Source: a virus
Length of the DNA: 64,000 bases
Virus record (IMG/VR): IMGVR_UViG_2843860951_000002
Location: 16,041 to 80,040 of that record
Reading direction: 5' to 3' (one strand)
The notes under the pieces were generated by a model, which worked only from the letters and a program-made list of their open reading frames with translations, searched no databases and was not told where the DNA came from. Position numbers and translations under genes: made by a program. This document shows, one piece after another, positions 45,089-54,998 of this stretch. Numbering within the stretch: position 1 is the stretch's first letter; each line of letters opens with the position of its first letter.

Positions 45089-45279
45089 GCGCGTGGAATG
45101 AACACGAGGCAGTCGTGCACTCCCTCATCCTGCAACATGTCCCAGACAATAAACGTGACATGGCAATGAAGGCACTTTCCAATCTGACACGCGAATACGT
45201 GCGGCTGGAATTGCAAAACCGCGATGCCATGGAAGCAGTGCGGCGCGTGCATCCGTTTCGTGCTCTGGAGGCTGCGTGA
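45076..45279 (+). CDS. Small hypothetical phage protein
   Basis: Overlap chain in the early operon. Confidence 0.5.
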   Translation: MRGMSAWNEHEAVVHSLILQHVPDNKRDMAMKALSNLTREYVRLELQNRDAMEAVRRVHPFRALEAA

Positions 45280-46037
45280 TGAGTGAAGTTATGACACGCC
45301 CTCAGGAGGCGCAAAAACAGGTAGCCCCACCAAACCAAGGTGATCAGCTTCTTTCCATCATCACCCAAGCGGCAAGTAACCCTCAATGCGATGTGGAAAA
45401 ACTTCGTGCCCTGTTAGATATGAAAAAGCAGGTCATGGAGATGGATGACCGCAAAGAATTTAGCGAAGCTATGTCTGCTGCAATGGGTGAAATGCCGCAG
45501 ATATTCAAGGCCGGCATCAAGGAGATGAATGGCAAGGGCTCATATAGGTTCGCGCGCTGGGAAGATATGGATAGCGCCATTCGCCCCGTCTTGTTGCGCC
45601 ATGGTCTGCGCCTGTCTTTTACTACGGAAAGAGCAGAGGGGAATTATATACGTGTTATTGGCAGAATAACGCATGCTAACGGTCAATTTCAGGAATCATC
45701 CATGGAATTGCCTATTGATAATGGGCCAGGCCGAACGGAAGTTCAGGCACGGGGCTCAACAATTTCCTATGGTAAGCGGTATTGCGCAGAAATGTTGCTC
45801 AACATTGTCCGCACAAATGAGGACAATGACGGCGCATATACCCCGCAAAAACAGGAAATAAAGTTAATAACACCAGACCAAAAAGATGAGCTTGTGGATC
45901 TTTTGCAAAAGTCTGGCGCCAATACATCAGCATTCCTCGCGTATTTCCACTGCAAAACCTTGGATGCAATGCCCGAAAAAGCGTTTAGCAATGCTAAAGC
46001 GAAGTTGCTCCAAAAAATAAATGGGGGCAGCAAATGA
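45276..46037 (+). CDS. ERF-family single-strand annealing protein
   Basis: Y.FA..EDM..AI.PVL..HGL.LSF, Q..GS..SYG.RY; paired with the exonuclease. Confidence 0.85.
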   Translation: MMSEVMTRPQEAQKQVAPPNQGDQLLSIITQAASNPQCDVEKLRALLDMKKQVMEMDDRKEFSEAMSAAMGEMPQIFKAGIKEMNGKGSYRFARWEDMDSAIRPVLLRHGLRLSFTTERAEGNYIRVIGRITHANGQFQESSMELPIDNGPGRTEVQARGSTISYGKRYCAEMLLNIVRTNEDNDGAYTPQKQEIKLITPDQKDELVDLLQKSGANTSAFLAYFHCKTLDAMPEKAFSNAKAKLLQKINGGSK

Positions 46038-46660
46038 AAATTCACAATGTAGAACAAGGCTCGCAAGCGTGGCATGACTTACGCCTTGGAATACCGACGG
46101 CATCGGAATTTTCTCTTGTCCTGACCAAGTCTGGGAAACCATCTGATCAGGCAAAGAGGTATGCGGCACGCCTAGTCGCTGAGATTGTTCTCGGACGATC
46201 GATGGATAAGGATTTGTCGCATGTTGAGGCTGTACAGCGTGGGCATGAACTGGAGCCTACAGCGGCATTGGCTTATGAGTTTGCGACAGACCTCAAGACA
46301 GAACAGGTTGGTTTTATAACAAATAATGAAGGCACGGTTGGCGTAAGCCCAGACCGTCTGGTTGGCGCCGATGGGCTTGTGGAAATTAAATGCCCACTGC
46401 CTACCAATCACATCCTGTATATGACCATGGGCTTTGAGAAAGATTACTACATTCAAGCCCAAGGCCAACTGCTTTTCGCTGAGCGTGAATGGAATGATCG
46501 CGTTTCATATAGCGATGAATTGCCAATACATATCGAGCGAACATATCGAGATGAACCATTCCTGAAGAAGTTATCTCAGGCGCTCAAAGACTTTCACGAA
46601 ATGAAAATGGAAATGCTGCACAAAGTGCGTGCAGCTCAGATTGAAGGGGTGGCTGCATGA
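46034..46660 (+). CDS. YqaJ/lambda-type exonuclease
   Basis: QGS..W..LR.G.PTAS, RG.ELEP.A..YE, G.SPD.LV..GLVEIKCP, Y..Q.QGQL. Confidence 0.92.
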   Translation: MKIHNVEQGSQAWHDLRLGIPTASEFSLVLTKSGKPSDQAKRYAARLVAEIVLGRSMDKDLSHVEAVQRGHELEPTAALAYEFATDLKTEQVGFITNNEGTVGVSPDRLVGADGLVEIKCPLPTNHILYMTMGFEKDYYIQAQGQLLFAEREWNDRVSYSDELPIHIERTYRDEPFLKKLSQALKDFHEMKMEMLHKVRAAQIEGVAA

Positions 46661-47247
46661 TCCTCTTTTTTGATACGGAGACTACAGGCCTACCCGACCG
46701 GTACACTCCCCTCAATTCCGACCGGCAGCCGCATTGCGTGCAGCTTGCCGCCCTGCTGACGGAAGACGATGGCACAGAACGCGCAAGCCTGAACCTGATC
46801 GTTCACCCTGATGGGTGGACGATACCGGAAGCGGCGGCAAAGGTTCATGGTATCACAACAGAAATGGCGCAGCGTTGCGGTGTACGTGAAGCAATAGCCG
46901 CAGCGGCCTTCTATGATCTGACCAAAAAGGCCAATCTTCTGGTTGCGCACAATATCAAATTCGATGTGCAGATCATCGACATTATGTTTGCGCGTGTGCC
47001 GCGTGGCTGGCGTCTGCTGGGCGAGAAGTTCTGCACAATGGATGCAGCGGCCCCGCTGGTGAACCTGCCACCAACAGAACGCATGATCGCTGCGGGCATC
47101 GACAAGCCCAAAGCACCGAAACTGGAAGAATGTATCAAGCACTTCTTCAATGAAGAACTCAAAGGCGCACACGATGCCATGGTAGACGTTCGAGCCTGCG
47201 CTCGTCTGTTCTTCCATCTGCGTGATGTGGAAGGAGCTGGAGCATGA
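46657..47247 (+). CDS. DEDDh 3'-5' exonuclease (DnaQ-like)
   Basis: FFDTETTGL, AHN..FD, AHDA..DV. Confidence 0.9.
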   Translation: MILFFDTETTGLPDRYTPLNSDRQPHCVQLAALLTEDDGTERASLNLIVHPDGWTIPEAAAKVHGITTEMAQRCGVREAIAAAAFYDLTKKANLLVAHNIKFDVQIIDIMFARVPRGWRLLGEKFCTMDAAAPLVNLPPTERMIAAGIDKPKAPKLEECIKHFFNEELKGAHDAMVDVRACARLFFHLRDVEGAGA

Positions 47248-47546
47248 CGGTGAAATTTGATGCCACCAAGAAAGAAATTACAAATGTGGATGCAATCGTG
47301 GCCCGTATTGTTCCTAAAATTTGCGCTGCTACCGGTGCAAATGCAGATGAGCTTTCGTTGTCCACGCGGATGGATCTGCTTGCCACTCATGCAAACGGAT
47401 GCCCGATGGATTTTGAACGTATGCGGGAGGCAGATGACTTCAATATTTTGCATGACATTGCGGGCATCAGAAATTACCTGAACCGGGAAACTGGAAGGAT
47501 TGTTGGCTTTTTTGTCCCTCGTTTTGCGAAAGCAATCGCCAAATGA
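47244..47546 (+). CDS. Conserved hypothetical phage protein
   Basis: MDL.A.H.NGCP.D...M..ADDFN..HDI.GI...LNRETG.....F.PRFA. Confidence 0.65.
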   Translation: MTVKFDATKKEITNVDAIVARIVPKICAATGANADELSLSTRMDLLATHANGCPMDFERMREADDFNILHDIAGIRNYLNRETGRIVGFFVPRFAKAIAK

Positions 47547-47920
47547 CCCACCTCCCCATTGTTGGCTACATCAACCCACTGGTGGCAGACGCCCTACGCG
47601 ACCCAACCAGCGGCATCAATGTTACGCAATTACGGGCAGAGCGTAATGGGCCTGTGTCAGCGCCGCTTGTTTTGAAGGCTGATGCGGATGCGGTGATTGG
47701 TATTCTTAAACTTGAGATTACACACAAAGATGAAAACATCTCGACACTAAAAGAAAGTCTTCAATCCGCACAGAAAGAAAGAGATGCCGCTTTAGGATAT
47801 GTGAATTCTTTGCAGAGCGCACTCGCAGAGATCCAAAAAGGAGTGGAAGCCCTTAATGATCCAATAGAAGCACTTGAAGCCCGTACTAGCAGGAACACCC
47901 GCGCAGGAGAGAAGGCGTGA
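47543..47920 (+). CDS. Coiled-coil hypothetical phage protein
   Basis: ATGA-coupled; heptad C-terminus. Confidence 0.55.
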   Translation: MTHLPIVGYINPLVADALRDPTSGINVTQLRAERNGPVSAPLVLKADADAVIGILKLEITHKDENISTLKESLQSAQKERDAALGYVNSLQSALAEIQKGVEALNDPIEALEARTSRNTRAGEKA

Positions 47921-48162
47921 TGCAGACGAAATCAGATCTGTTCGGCTTTCAAAGGCCGAGATCACCCAGACGGTTTATGGCCCACATGGTTGACGTGGGC
48001 ATAAGTGACTGCACGCCGCAAGATAGCAACATGACCCAGATTGCAGAGTTCAAATGCAATCGCTGTGGTTGGGAAAGCGGCTGGATATACATGAAGAATG
48101 TGACAGCCGTTAAGCGTGGCGTGCCATGTGATGAATGTAATGGGAACAGTGAACATGAATGA
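47917..48162 (+). CDS. Small Zn-finger-like protein
   Basis: C.RC and C..C pairs. Confidence 0.55.
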   Translation: MMQTKSDLFGFQRPRSPRRFMAHMVDVGISDCTPQDSNMTQIAEFKCNRCGWESGWIYMKNVTAVKRGVPCDECNGNSEHE

Positions 48163-48559
48163 TAAAAACTGGCCCGACCCAAAGCGCCCCGGCGTGCCAT
48201 ATCGTTATGAAGACCCCCGACTGATTCTAGACCACATCCTTATGCGACGATCAGACAAAGCGTTAGTCAGGGCTCGTTTCCATTGGGATGCGGGGTCTGG
48301 GGGAAATTGGCAACTGCGTAATAGTCACTGGATGAGTGCCGCTGATGCAGCTTTGCGTTTCACCTATGTTTGCCCCGTCCTCACCCCCACGCAGATAAAC
48401 GAAATGCTGGCAGCGGAACGGGAGCGGTGTGCAAGTGTCGTTATTAGTCACGCCATTTCACCATCTCCAATAGATGACCCTCACCCAGACGCAGAATGGC
48501 TTAACGGGTGCTTATCATCATGTGTTGTAACAATCCGCAAATTAGGAACCGCCTCATGA
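48155..48559 (+). CDS. Hypothetical phage protein
   Basis: MNDKNWPDP.RPG start, coupled to neighbours. Confidence 0.55.
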   Translation: MNDKNWPDPKRPGVPYRYEDPRLILDHILMRRSDKALVRARFHWDAGSGGNWQLRNSHWMSAADAALRFTYVCPVLTPTQINEMLAAERERCASVVISHAISPSPIDDPHPDAEWLNGCLSSCVVTIRKLGTAS

Positions 48560-49065
48560 GGACGAGAGGCGAGCAGGTTTCTGATATTATTAATGTAATG
48601 CGCAACAGTTCATCGGATATTGATGTGGTTTGTGTTGTTAATAAAGTAATTACAGAAGCAGAGCAGCGTGGCTACGAACGCGCACAGGCAGAATGTGCGG
48701 CTGATACGCGGCGGTTGGATTGGTTGGATAAGGTGGAAAGAGAAGAAACAGGAAATATCCGCCTTTATGCCACTTTGCGTGAGGATTGGGTTCTTCTCAC
48801 AGATGGGGATGTTTCTCGCATGGGCGACGGGGAAACGGTTCGTGAAGCCATTGATGCCGCTATGGGGGTCTGGGAAATGACTGATGCACGCATTGATGCG
48901 GCCACAAAAGCTCATATCGTACCACACAACATTCCACCCGACCGCATGCGAGTGGCAAAGATCACTCTGCGCTGCTGGAAAGGTGGCGCGATCTCTGATG
49001 AAGATGCAATCGGTATGATTGTTTGTGCTGTTGCTCAACCACCAACCAAAGAGGCAACCCTATGA
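48556..49065 (+). CDS. Hypothetical phage protein
   Basis: ATGA-coupled at both ends. Confidence 0.55.
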   Translation: MRTRGEQVSDIINVMRNSSSDIDVVCVVNKVITEAEQRGYERAQAECAADTRRLDWLDKVEREETGNIRLYATLREDWVLLTDGDVSRMGDGETVREAIDAAMGVWEMTDARIDAATKAHIVPHNIPPDRMRVAKITLRCWKGGAISDEDAIGMIVCAVAQPPTKEATL

Positions 49066-49481
49066 ATGCCATAGCCCCCGACCACTACAAAACAGAAAAT
49101 GGTCTGCAAGTCTGGGATGTGACCCGCTATATGTCCGGCAACATGGCGCAGGCGTTCCAGTATGTTTACCGCGCTGGGCATAAGGGTAGCGAGGTTGAGG
49201 ATCTTCGGAAGGCTGTGGCTTTTCTAGAGGATTGGTATGGTCACAATGACGCGCCGATTATGGGGAATATATATCGGAATCTTGCACAACACGAAGCACC
49301 TTTGCGTGGTCTCTTGTGGTCAGCCGGAGAATGGAAGCGACCAATACTTAATGCGACTTGGTACATGGATTACTTTGGGGATGCTATTTATGGGGAAGAA
49401 GCTCGACATTATGCCTATCCCCAGATGATGGAGAAGTTAAAAGCCCGCATTACAACACTAGAAGGAGGCGGGAATGGGTGA
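49062..49481 (+). CDS. DUF3310-like protein
   Basis: P.HY...D......G....Y..RAG.KG...EDL.KA..FL. Confidence 0.75.
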   Translation: MNAIAPDHYKTENGLQVWDVTRYMSGNMAQAFQYVYRAGHKGSEVEDLRKAVAFLEDWYGHNDAPIMGNIYRNLAQHEAPLRGLLWSAGEWKRPILNATWYMDYFGDAIYGEEARHYAYPQMMEKLKARITTLEGGGNG

Positions 49482-49704
49482 GATTACACCACGGCTTTTG
49501 TCAGCAGAGGAAGCGGCGCGATATGTAGGCCTGTCCCGACCTGCATTTCAGGCTACTATCGGGAAAGAAATCCCGCCCATTAAGACCGGCGTGCGCCGCT
49601 TGATATGGGACAGGCTGGCTCTTGATCGCTGGATTGATTCCCAATCCGGTATCAATAATCAGGAAGCGCCCAAAGAAGTTAATCCATTAGACGCATTGAT
49701 GTGA
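49474..49704 (+). CDS. Excisionase-like HTH protein
   Basis: PRLLS.EEAA.YVGLS..F......P........WDR.ALD.WID; precedes the integrase. Confidence 0.8.
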   Translation: MGEITPRLLSAEEAARYVGLSRPAFQATIGKEIPPIKTGVRRLIWDRLALDRWIDSQSGINNQEAPKEVNPLDALM

Positions 49705-50741
49705 TTGCCGTTCGAATAAAATATGTTCAGAAACACAGGGGGAGAGATGGCAGGGTCAGGTATTATTTCCGACATCCCCGCCTGCCCCGTGTTTCTCTAC
49801 CCGATCTGCATAGTGATGATTTCTGGCCTGCGTATCAAAAAGCCTTGGCGCAAGATACGTTTCAAGAAAAACAGACTGCGAAAGAAGGTGATACATTCTC
49901 CGCTTTATGTGAGGCTTGGCTACGCTCAGCGCATTACATAGGGCTGAAACCATCAACACAACGCGGATACAGAAATATCGTGCGCCGTATGCAGTTGGAG
50001 GATTTCGCAGATCATCAGGTCAGATATTTTACCACTCCCCATATAAGAGCATTTATTGGCAGGAAGTCCAAAACACCAGCAGCGGCTAATCACTGGCTGA
50101 AAATGTTTGGTATGATTTTCCAGTATGCTGTCGATAGAGGAGAAATTGAACGGAACCCGGCCACAGGTATCTCTCGCATGAAAGAAAAGAGTGTTGGAGC
50201 AAAATCATGGGAAGATTCCGAAATAGCTCAATATGAAAACTATTGGCCATCTGGCTCCACAGCGCGGCTGGCGCTGTATCTGCTTCTTTACACCGGACAG
50301 AGGCGCAGTGATGTGGTTCGTATGGGATGGGCTGATATTCAGGAAGCCGGTCTGCTATCAGTGCAGCAAATGAAAACTGGCACTCGGTTACTCATCCCCC
50401 TCCATCCAGCGCTAGCAAGGGAAATTGACCAAGTCCCCAAAACGCACCCCACATTTCTTGCTACCGAAGAAGGGAAGCCTTTTTCGGTTCATGTGTTCTC
50501 CCACCGCATAGCGAAATGGGTTGAGATGTGCGGGATAAAGGAGCGGCTTTCACCACATGGTCTCCGTAAGGCAGCAGCTCGCAGGATGGCAGAAGCAGGA
50601 TGCTCGCCCCATCAAATTGCTTCCATTACTGGCCACAAGACATTGAGCGAGATAGAGCGCTACACGAAGGCGGCCGATCAAGCTCGGCTCGCAAGAGATG
50701 CGGTGCTAAAAATAGGACACGGGAGTTTTACAAAATCCTGA
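49701..50741 (+). CDS. int: Tyrosine integrase (helper prophage)
   Basis: YTGQRRSDV, Q.KTG, HGLRK, ITGH, RYT catalytic set present. Confidence 0.95.
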   Translation: MIAVRIKYVQKHRGRDGRVRYYFRHPRLPRVSLPDLHSDDFWPAYQKALAQDTFQEKQTAKEGDTFSALCEAWLRSAHYIGLKPSTQRGYRNIVRRMQLEDFADHQVRYFTTPHIRAFIGRKSKTPAAANHWLKMFGMIFQYAVDRGEIERNPATGISRMKEKSVGAKSWEDSEIAQYENYWPSGSTARLALYLLLYTGQRRSDVVRMGWADIQEAGLLSVQQMKTGTRLLIPLHPALAREIDQVPKTHPTFLATEEGKPFSVHVFSHRIAKWVEMCGIKERLSPHGLRKAAARRMAEAGCSPHQIASITGHKTLSEIERYTKAADQARLARDAVLKIGHGSFTKS

Positions 50742-50818
50742 AAGTTGCTGATTTTTAGAGTATAAAATATTTGAGTTTTACACTCTAACCCATTGACAAA
50801 TATACAGCCTAGAGTCGC

Positions 50819-50863
50819 CCACAGATTCTGCGGATGCTCCGGTGGGTAAGCCTGTGGATAACG
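50819..50863. repeat. 45-bp intergenic repeat, copy 1 (REP-like, contains TGTGGATAA)
   Basis: Identical to 52281-52325; CCACAG...CTGTGG terminal inverted repeat. Confidence 0.9.
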
Positions 50864-50911
50864 TGTACAACCTAAGTGAAAATCGTGATCTGTACAGACC
50901 CCTTCCCACGC

Positions 50912-51766
50912 TTACCGCCGTATTTTACGTGGTGACGGCAAGCGCCAGAAACTCTGCTTAATGTTATCCGCCACACCCGGAAACGGATCTACCCCTGTAT
51001 TGCGAATAAGGGTTGCTACAGTCACCTGATCGCAATGTGGAGAACGTTGTGCGTTCTTGCAGACATATACGCCCGCAGCTTGACGCCGGGCGGAATACAC
51101 AGCCTTCCATGTAGAAGACGGCACAAACACGTGGTCTGGCCCAATAGTTGGAATAGGATGACCATGAAAAGCAGGGCCGGTGACCACATATAAATCACCT
51201 TCCTGCACAGCCAGTTCCCGCACTGTATATTCAATACGTGCCCAAATGCCCTGATTGAGCGTAATGGATTGCGGTACCATGTTAGAATACGCAAAAGTTT
51301 CAAATTGTGCTGTAGGGGTTGGCTGATCCGCACTGGGCGCCATGTGCCCCCTGCTGTAGCCAGATTTTTTGTAATCCTGATCTCGGCTTCCATCTGGCCA
51401 GCGGGAATCTTCATAAAAAGTGCCAGCACGCATCAAGCGTTCTGCAAGGCGCACATTATTTACCTGCAAATGCTCCGCTGCCCACAAAGGTGTGTGCGTG
51501 ACAGATGAAACCAAAACAGCATAGCCGGTGTTACAAAGCAGTTCTGTCTGCTTCAACATGAAAGGCCGCGTTATTGTGGGCAATCTGTTTTCTGGCCCAA
51601 AAGCCTGACATGCTGCGTTTTCCTGCGCCCAAGCAGCAGAAACTGGCAGGCACGCCACAGCCATGCCCAAGCATATTTTAGCAACACGCAAACTCATTGA
51701 ACGGATACCAGCGTGGAGCCATGTTTTGAATACACAATGCTGCCTTTGTTGAATGCCATAAAACAC
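50912..51766 (-). CDS. DNA/RNA non-specific endonuclease (NucA/EndG family), exported
   Basis: Y..SGY.RGHMAPSAD, TF..SNMVPQ...LNQG.W, YVVTGP; signal peptide. Confidence 0.92.
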   Translation of the reverse strand: MFYGIQQRQHCVFKTWLHAGIRSMSLRVAKICLGMAVACLPVSAAWAQENAACQAFGPENRLPTITRPFMLKQTELLCNTGYAVLVSSVTHTPLWAAEHLQVNNVRLAERLMRAGTFYEDSRWPDGSRDQDYKKSGYSRGHMAPSADQPTPTAQFETFAYSNMVPQSITLNQGIWARIEYTVRELAVQEGDLYVVTGPAFHGHPIPTIGPDHVFVPSSTWKAVYSARRQAAGVYVCKNAQRSPHCDQVTVATLIRNTGVDPFPGVADNIKQSFWRLPSPRKIRR

Positions 51767-51841
51767 AGGATGTCTTTATAGAAAAGATAATGCCCAAACA
51801 AAGGCACATAAAACAAAATCAGCCATAGTTATGGAGCAGAA

Positions 51842-52234
51842 ATGGAGCAACCCACACCTTCCGGCCCGGATACGCCAGAAACCCTGCGCGAACACCGCAC
51901 GCAAATGATGACGGCAAAACTACCCACCAAAATGCGCCGTGGCATAGAGTGGTTACGCAAACCCGAGCAAAAATGGGTGCGTCTGCCTTCTGGGCTGTTA
52001 TTAATTTTGGGTGGGCTGCTTTCCTTTTTACCTGTGTTAGGTGTGTGGATGCTGCCTTTGGGGATTTTACTGCTGGCGGAAGATATTCCGCTCTTTCGTA
52101 GCCTGAGCGGTAAGATGTTGGGCTGGATTGCCCGGCGCAAGCCCTCGTGGTTGGGCATTGCCGAAAATGAAACGGAAGAAGAAGCCTTCCTGCGTATTAA
52201 AACCTTTCTGGAGCAGGATTTGTATCATCCCTGA
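51842..52234 (+). CDS. Small membrane protein (PGPGW-like family)
   Basis: W.RLP.G.LLI.GG.L.FLPVLG.WMLPLG..LLAED.P. Confidence 0.7.
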   Translation: MEQPTPSGPDTPETLREHRTQMMTAKLPTKMRRGIEWLRKPEQKWVRLPSGLLLILGGLLSFLPVLGVWMLPLGILLLAEDIPLFRSLSGKMLGWIARRKPSWLGIAENETEEEAFLRIKTFLEQDLYHP

Positions 52235-52280
52235 AGTTTTTGTCCGCAGGTATCTTGACTGCCAAGCTTAGCGCCCTTGT

Positions 52281-52325
52281 CCACAGATTCTGCGGATGCT
52301 CCGGTGGGTAAGCCTGTGGATAACG
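52281..52325. repeat. 45-bp intergenic repeat, copy 2
   Basis: Identical to 50819-50863. Confidence 0.9.
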
Positions 52326-52525
52326 GGCACAACCCGTGTGAGTCATGCTAATGATTTCCTCACACTCCGTATCAATCTCTGCATCTGGTTGAACATCTTT
52401 TCCATCATTTCACTTACTGTCCCGCATCATGCATGGCTGTGGTTTGCATGATATTCGGCGCAGAATCTGGTCAACCGCACCCCCGCCCGATATGAACCCT
52501 GCAAATATTAAAAAAGCAGGGTCAG

Positions 52526-53626
52526 ATGGCAGGCAAATATAACAAAAACATAGAAATACAGCTTATGCGCATTATCTCCATTGCCTTGGTTGTTATGGCG
52601 CATCAGGCATCACTCCGCACCAATATTCACCCACATTTTGGGGAAAGCCTCGGAACAGTTTTGCGCCCTTGGTTGGGTGTAGATATTTTCTTTGTCATAT
52701 CCGGTTATTTCATGGGTTATATGGTTTTGGGAAAATCCAAACCCAACATGGAATTGGCAGAAAAAGTTTCCTTCTCTCTTGAATTCTTCAAGAAAAGATT
52801 TCTCAGGCTTTTTCCCGCTGCCTTTTTCTGGATAACCGTGACACTGGCTGCGGGCCTTATTTCATCCAACCGCGGGTTATGGGGGGATCAAACCAGCCTG
52901 TTCTATAAATGGCTAACTTCTGTTTTTTATATCAGAAACTTTGAAAACGCAGCCTCTCCCAGTCCATTAGGCTGGTATTGGTCTTTATCGCTTGAAAATC
53001 AGTTTTATATTGTTTTGCCTCTTCTGTTCTTCACCATAGGCAAAAAGTTTTTCATTCCGTGCATTTATGCTCTGGCTGCACTGCTACTTTTCTGGTTGCC
53101 AGGTGGCGTTGATTGGGGATGGTACCGCCCCACAGGGTTTATATGGGGGCTTATTGCGTATCATCTTGTGAACACACAGGGGATAGGTGATGTTATACGT
53201 GCAAAAGCACCGCAAATTCCTGCAACGCTTTCTTTCTTCTTGCTGATCTTTGCTCTTGTTGCCTCAACAGCCATACCAGCCGCGTTTCAGAACCAAATGA
53301 TGCCTTTTTCCATCAGCATTGTCTCTATTCTGGCGTGTGTGTGCGTGGTGTATGCCGCCTTAAAATGCGACACCCTGACCGTACCAAAACCACTGGTATT
53401 TCTAAGTTACTGGGGTGGAGAAATTACTTACTCCTTTTATCTATGCCACATTGTTGTTTGGGATATCCTGCAGGACATTCGCCAGTCTTACGATTTAAGA
53501 ATATCGTCCGAACTTTTTGCAGTTTCAGGCATCAGCATGGCCATTCTTTTTGCCACGCTTTCTTATTTCTTTATCGAATTACCATTTTATAGAAAGAAAT
53601 CTGATCTGGAACCAACGTTGAAGTAA
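52526..53626 (+). CDS. Acyltransferase-3 (OafA-like) membrane O-acyltransferase
   Basis: MR.I.I..V..AH, GVDIFFVISGY, F..KR.LRL.P, WSLSLE.QFY, SYSFYL.H-like motif, E.PF; about ten TM segments. Confidence 0.92.
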   Translation: MAGKYNKNIEIQLMRIISIALVVMAHQASLRTNIHPHFGESLGTVLRPWLGVDIFFVISGYFMGYMVLGKSKPNMELAEKVSFSLEFFKKRFLRLFPAAFFWITVTLAAGLISSNRGLWGDQTSLFYKWLTSVFYIRNFENAASPSPLGWYWSLSLENQFYIVLPLLFFTIGKKFFIPCIYALAALLLFWLPGGVDWGWYRPTGFIWGLIAYHLVNTQGIGDVIRAKAPQIPATLSFFLLIFALVASTAIPAAFQNQMMPFSISIVSILACVCVVYAALKCDTLTVPKPLVFLSYWGGEITYSFYLCHIVVWDILQDIRQSYDLRISSELFAVSGISMAILFATLSYFFIELPFYRKKSDLEPTLK

Positions 53627-53630
53627 CCAC

Positions 53631-53658
53631 AAAAAAACCGCCAAATGGCGGTTTTTTT
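53631..53658. terminator. Bidirectional intrinsic terminator
   Basis: AAAAAAACCGCC-AAAT-GGCGGTTTTTTT between convergent genes. Confidence 0.85.
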
Positions 53659-53688
53659 CTTACCCAATGCTTGAAATATACCAGGGCT

Positions 53689-53901
53689 TTAAACGGCCTC
53701 AGACATTTCATACGGAATATTAGCTTTTGTTAGCTCTGCTAGAAAATCTCTCTCCACCACGGCATCCTTGTAATTCTCATCTTCCACACATTCCCGCCAG
53801 GAAAGTTCTGATGCAGAAGGCTTACTGGCTTTCCATGTCTGGTGCAGGGCGGATGCCTTGGAAACAAACTCTTTTAGAACAGAAATAGTAACTGTGCTCA
53901 T
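53689..53901 (-). CDS. Small hypothetical protein
   Basis: 70 aa, ends near the terminator. Confidence 0.5.
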   Translation of the reverse strand: MSTVTISVLKEFVSKASALHQTWKASKPSASELSWRECVEDENYKDAVVERDFLAELTKANIPYEMSEAV

Positions 53902-54033
53902 AGGGCAAACTTTCTCTTTAATCTTGGCAATTGTCTATATGTGGCCTTCACAGATGTGCGCTGCAAGGTATCAATTCACACTTTCCACAAGGTTGTACAC
54001 AGGTACACAAAACCTACACGCCCCGCACACCCC

Positions 54034-54891
54034 TTATGCCCGACGATGAGGCGGCCTTGCCTTACGCCAGTTCCCTTCAGCAGAAACTTTGTAAGCCAGT
54101 TCATCATGCCCATAGCTTGCTCCGGCACGGCTATGGTGGCCAAGCAAAAAACCATCGCCACAAACACGAGGCGCCCACTGCGGCGTCACCTCAAACAGAT
54201 ACTTTATAGCCCCAATGGTGGTTATGCCCGGCCCGGTATTCACCCAGATATTTTCAAAGCTGTTTGGATTGTTTTTATAACGGGTAAGAGACTCACAAAG
54301 CGCATGAATTATAGCTTCAATAACGGGATGCTTTTTTCTGGAAATAATTAATCCGTTTTCAATGCACCATGGCCTGCCCATGGCATACAGAAGAAAACAT
54401 TCATAAGACGCATGGCCAGTTATGTGCGCAAGAGGGGCATGCATGGAAATATCGACATCAACATAAATGCCACCATGAACATACATATCACACATACGCC
54501 ACAGATCAGACCGCATGGCAGGATGGAAACACACATCAAAAAGTGCAACCATATCCTGTCCAAAATGGGTGTGCAGAAAAGCCCGAGCAGATTCATCATG
54601 CGTAAGAACCAGATCAAAATCCGGATTGTTATTTTTTACCTTTTCAATGGAGCAAGCCACATCATCTGGCAGTGTTTCACTATGCCAGTATTGAGAAATT
54701 CTTTTGGGAATAGTCGGAGGCAGTATGCTTTGCTCAGGAGGATCAATATCTTCTTGAGTCAGTGTTGGAATCCAACTGCTTTCTATGCCTTCCTGCAAAC
54801 AACGGAAAAAATCCATTTTACCATGCGGCGGTTTAGGACGCTTAGACTGCGCACTTACATCTTTCATCATAAATATTGTTTTGTATGACAT
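54034..54891 (-). CDS. DXD-type glycosyltransferase (OCH1/GT32-like)
   Basis: IPKRI.QYW, AMRSDLWR...Y..GGIYVDVD, ENG.I, TGPG. Confidence 0.85.
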   Translation of the reverse strand: MSYKTIFMMKDVSAQSKRPKPPHGKMDFFRCLQEGIESSWIPTLTQEDIDPPEQSILPPTIPKRISQYWHSETLPDDVACSIEKVKNNNPDFDLVLTHDESARAFLHTHFGQDMVALFDVCFHPAMRSDLWRMCDMYVHGGIYVDVDISMHAPLAHITGHASYECFLLYAMGRPWCIENGLIISRKKHPVIEAIIHALCESLTRYKNNPNSFENIWVNTGPGITTIGAIKYLFEVTPQWAPRVCGDGFLLGHHSRAGASYGHDELAYKVSAEGNWRKARPPHRRA

Positions 54892-54998
54892 ATAGAATAT
54901 CGCATCTGTGATTATTTATTTTCAATAATAACAAATTACCCACCTTAAAGTAAAGGTATGAGCAAAAATGTACATCTGTTGGCAAGGGAACATGCCCC

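Larger units (their letters stand above)
1..50800. mobile_element. Temperate myovirus-type prophage (helper); continues off the left edge, right end just after the integrase
   Basis: Ordered modules: sheath, tube, chaperones, TMP, head-tail, capsid, scaffold, portal, terminase, replication, cro/cI, recombination, xis, int. Right boundary approximate because the att core was not identified. Confidence 0.93.

Noticed and set aside
50742-50900. tRNA or other defined att core at the helper's right end
   Set aside because: No tRNA-like sequence seen, and the partner att lies outside the window, so the core cannot be called.
50819-52325. 45-bp repeats as oriC or as ends of a small transposon
   Set aside because: Only isolated DnaA-box matches, no dnaA/parAB-type context, and no transposase or integrase between the copies.
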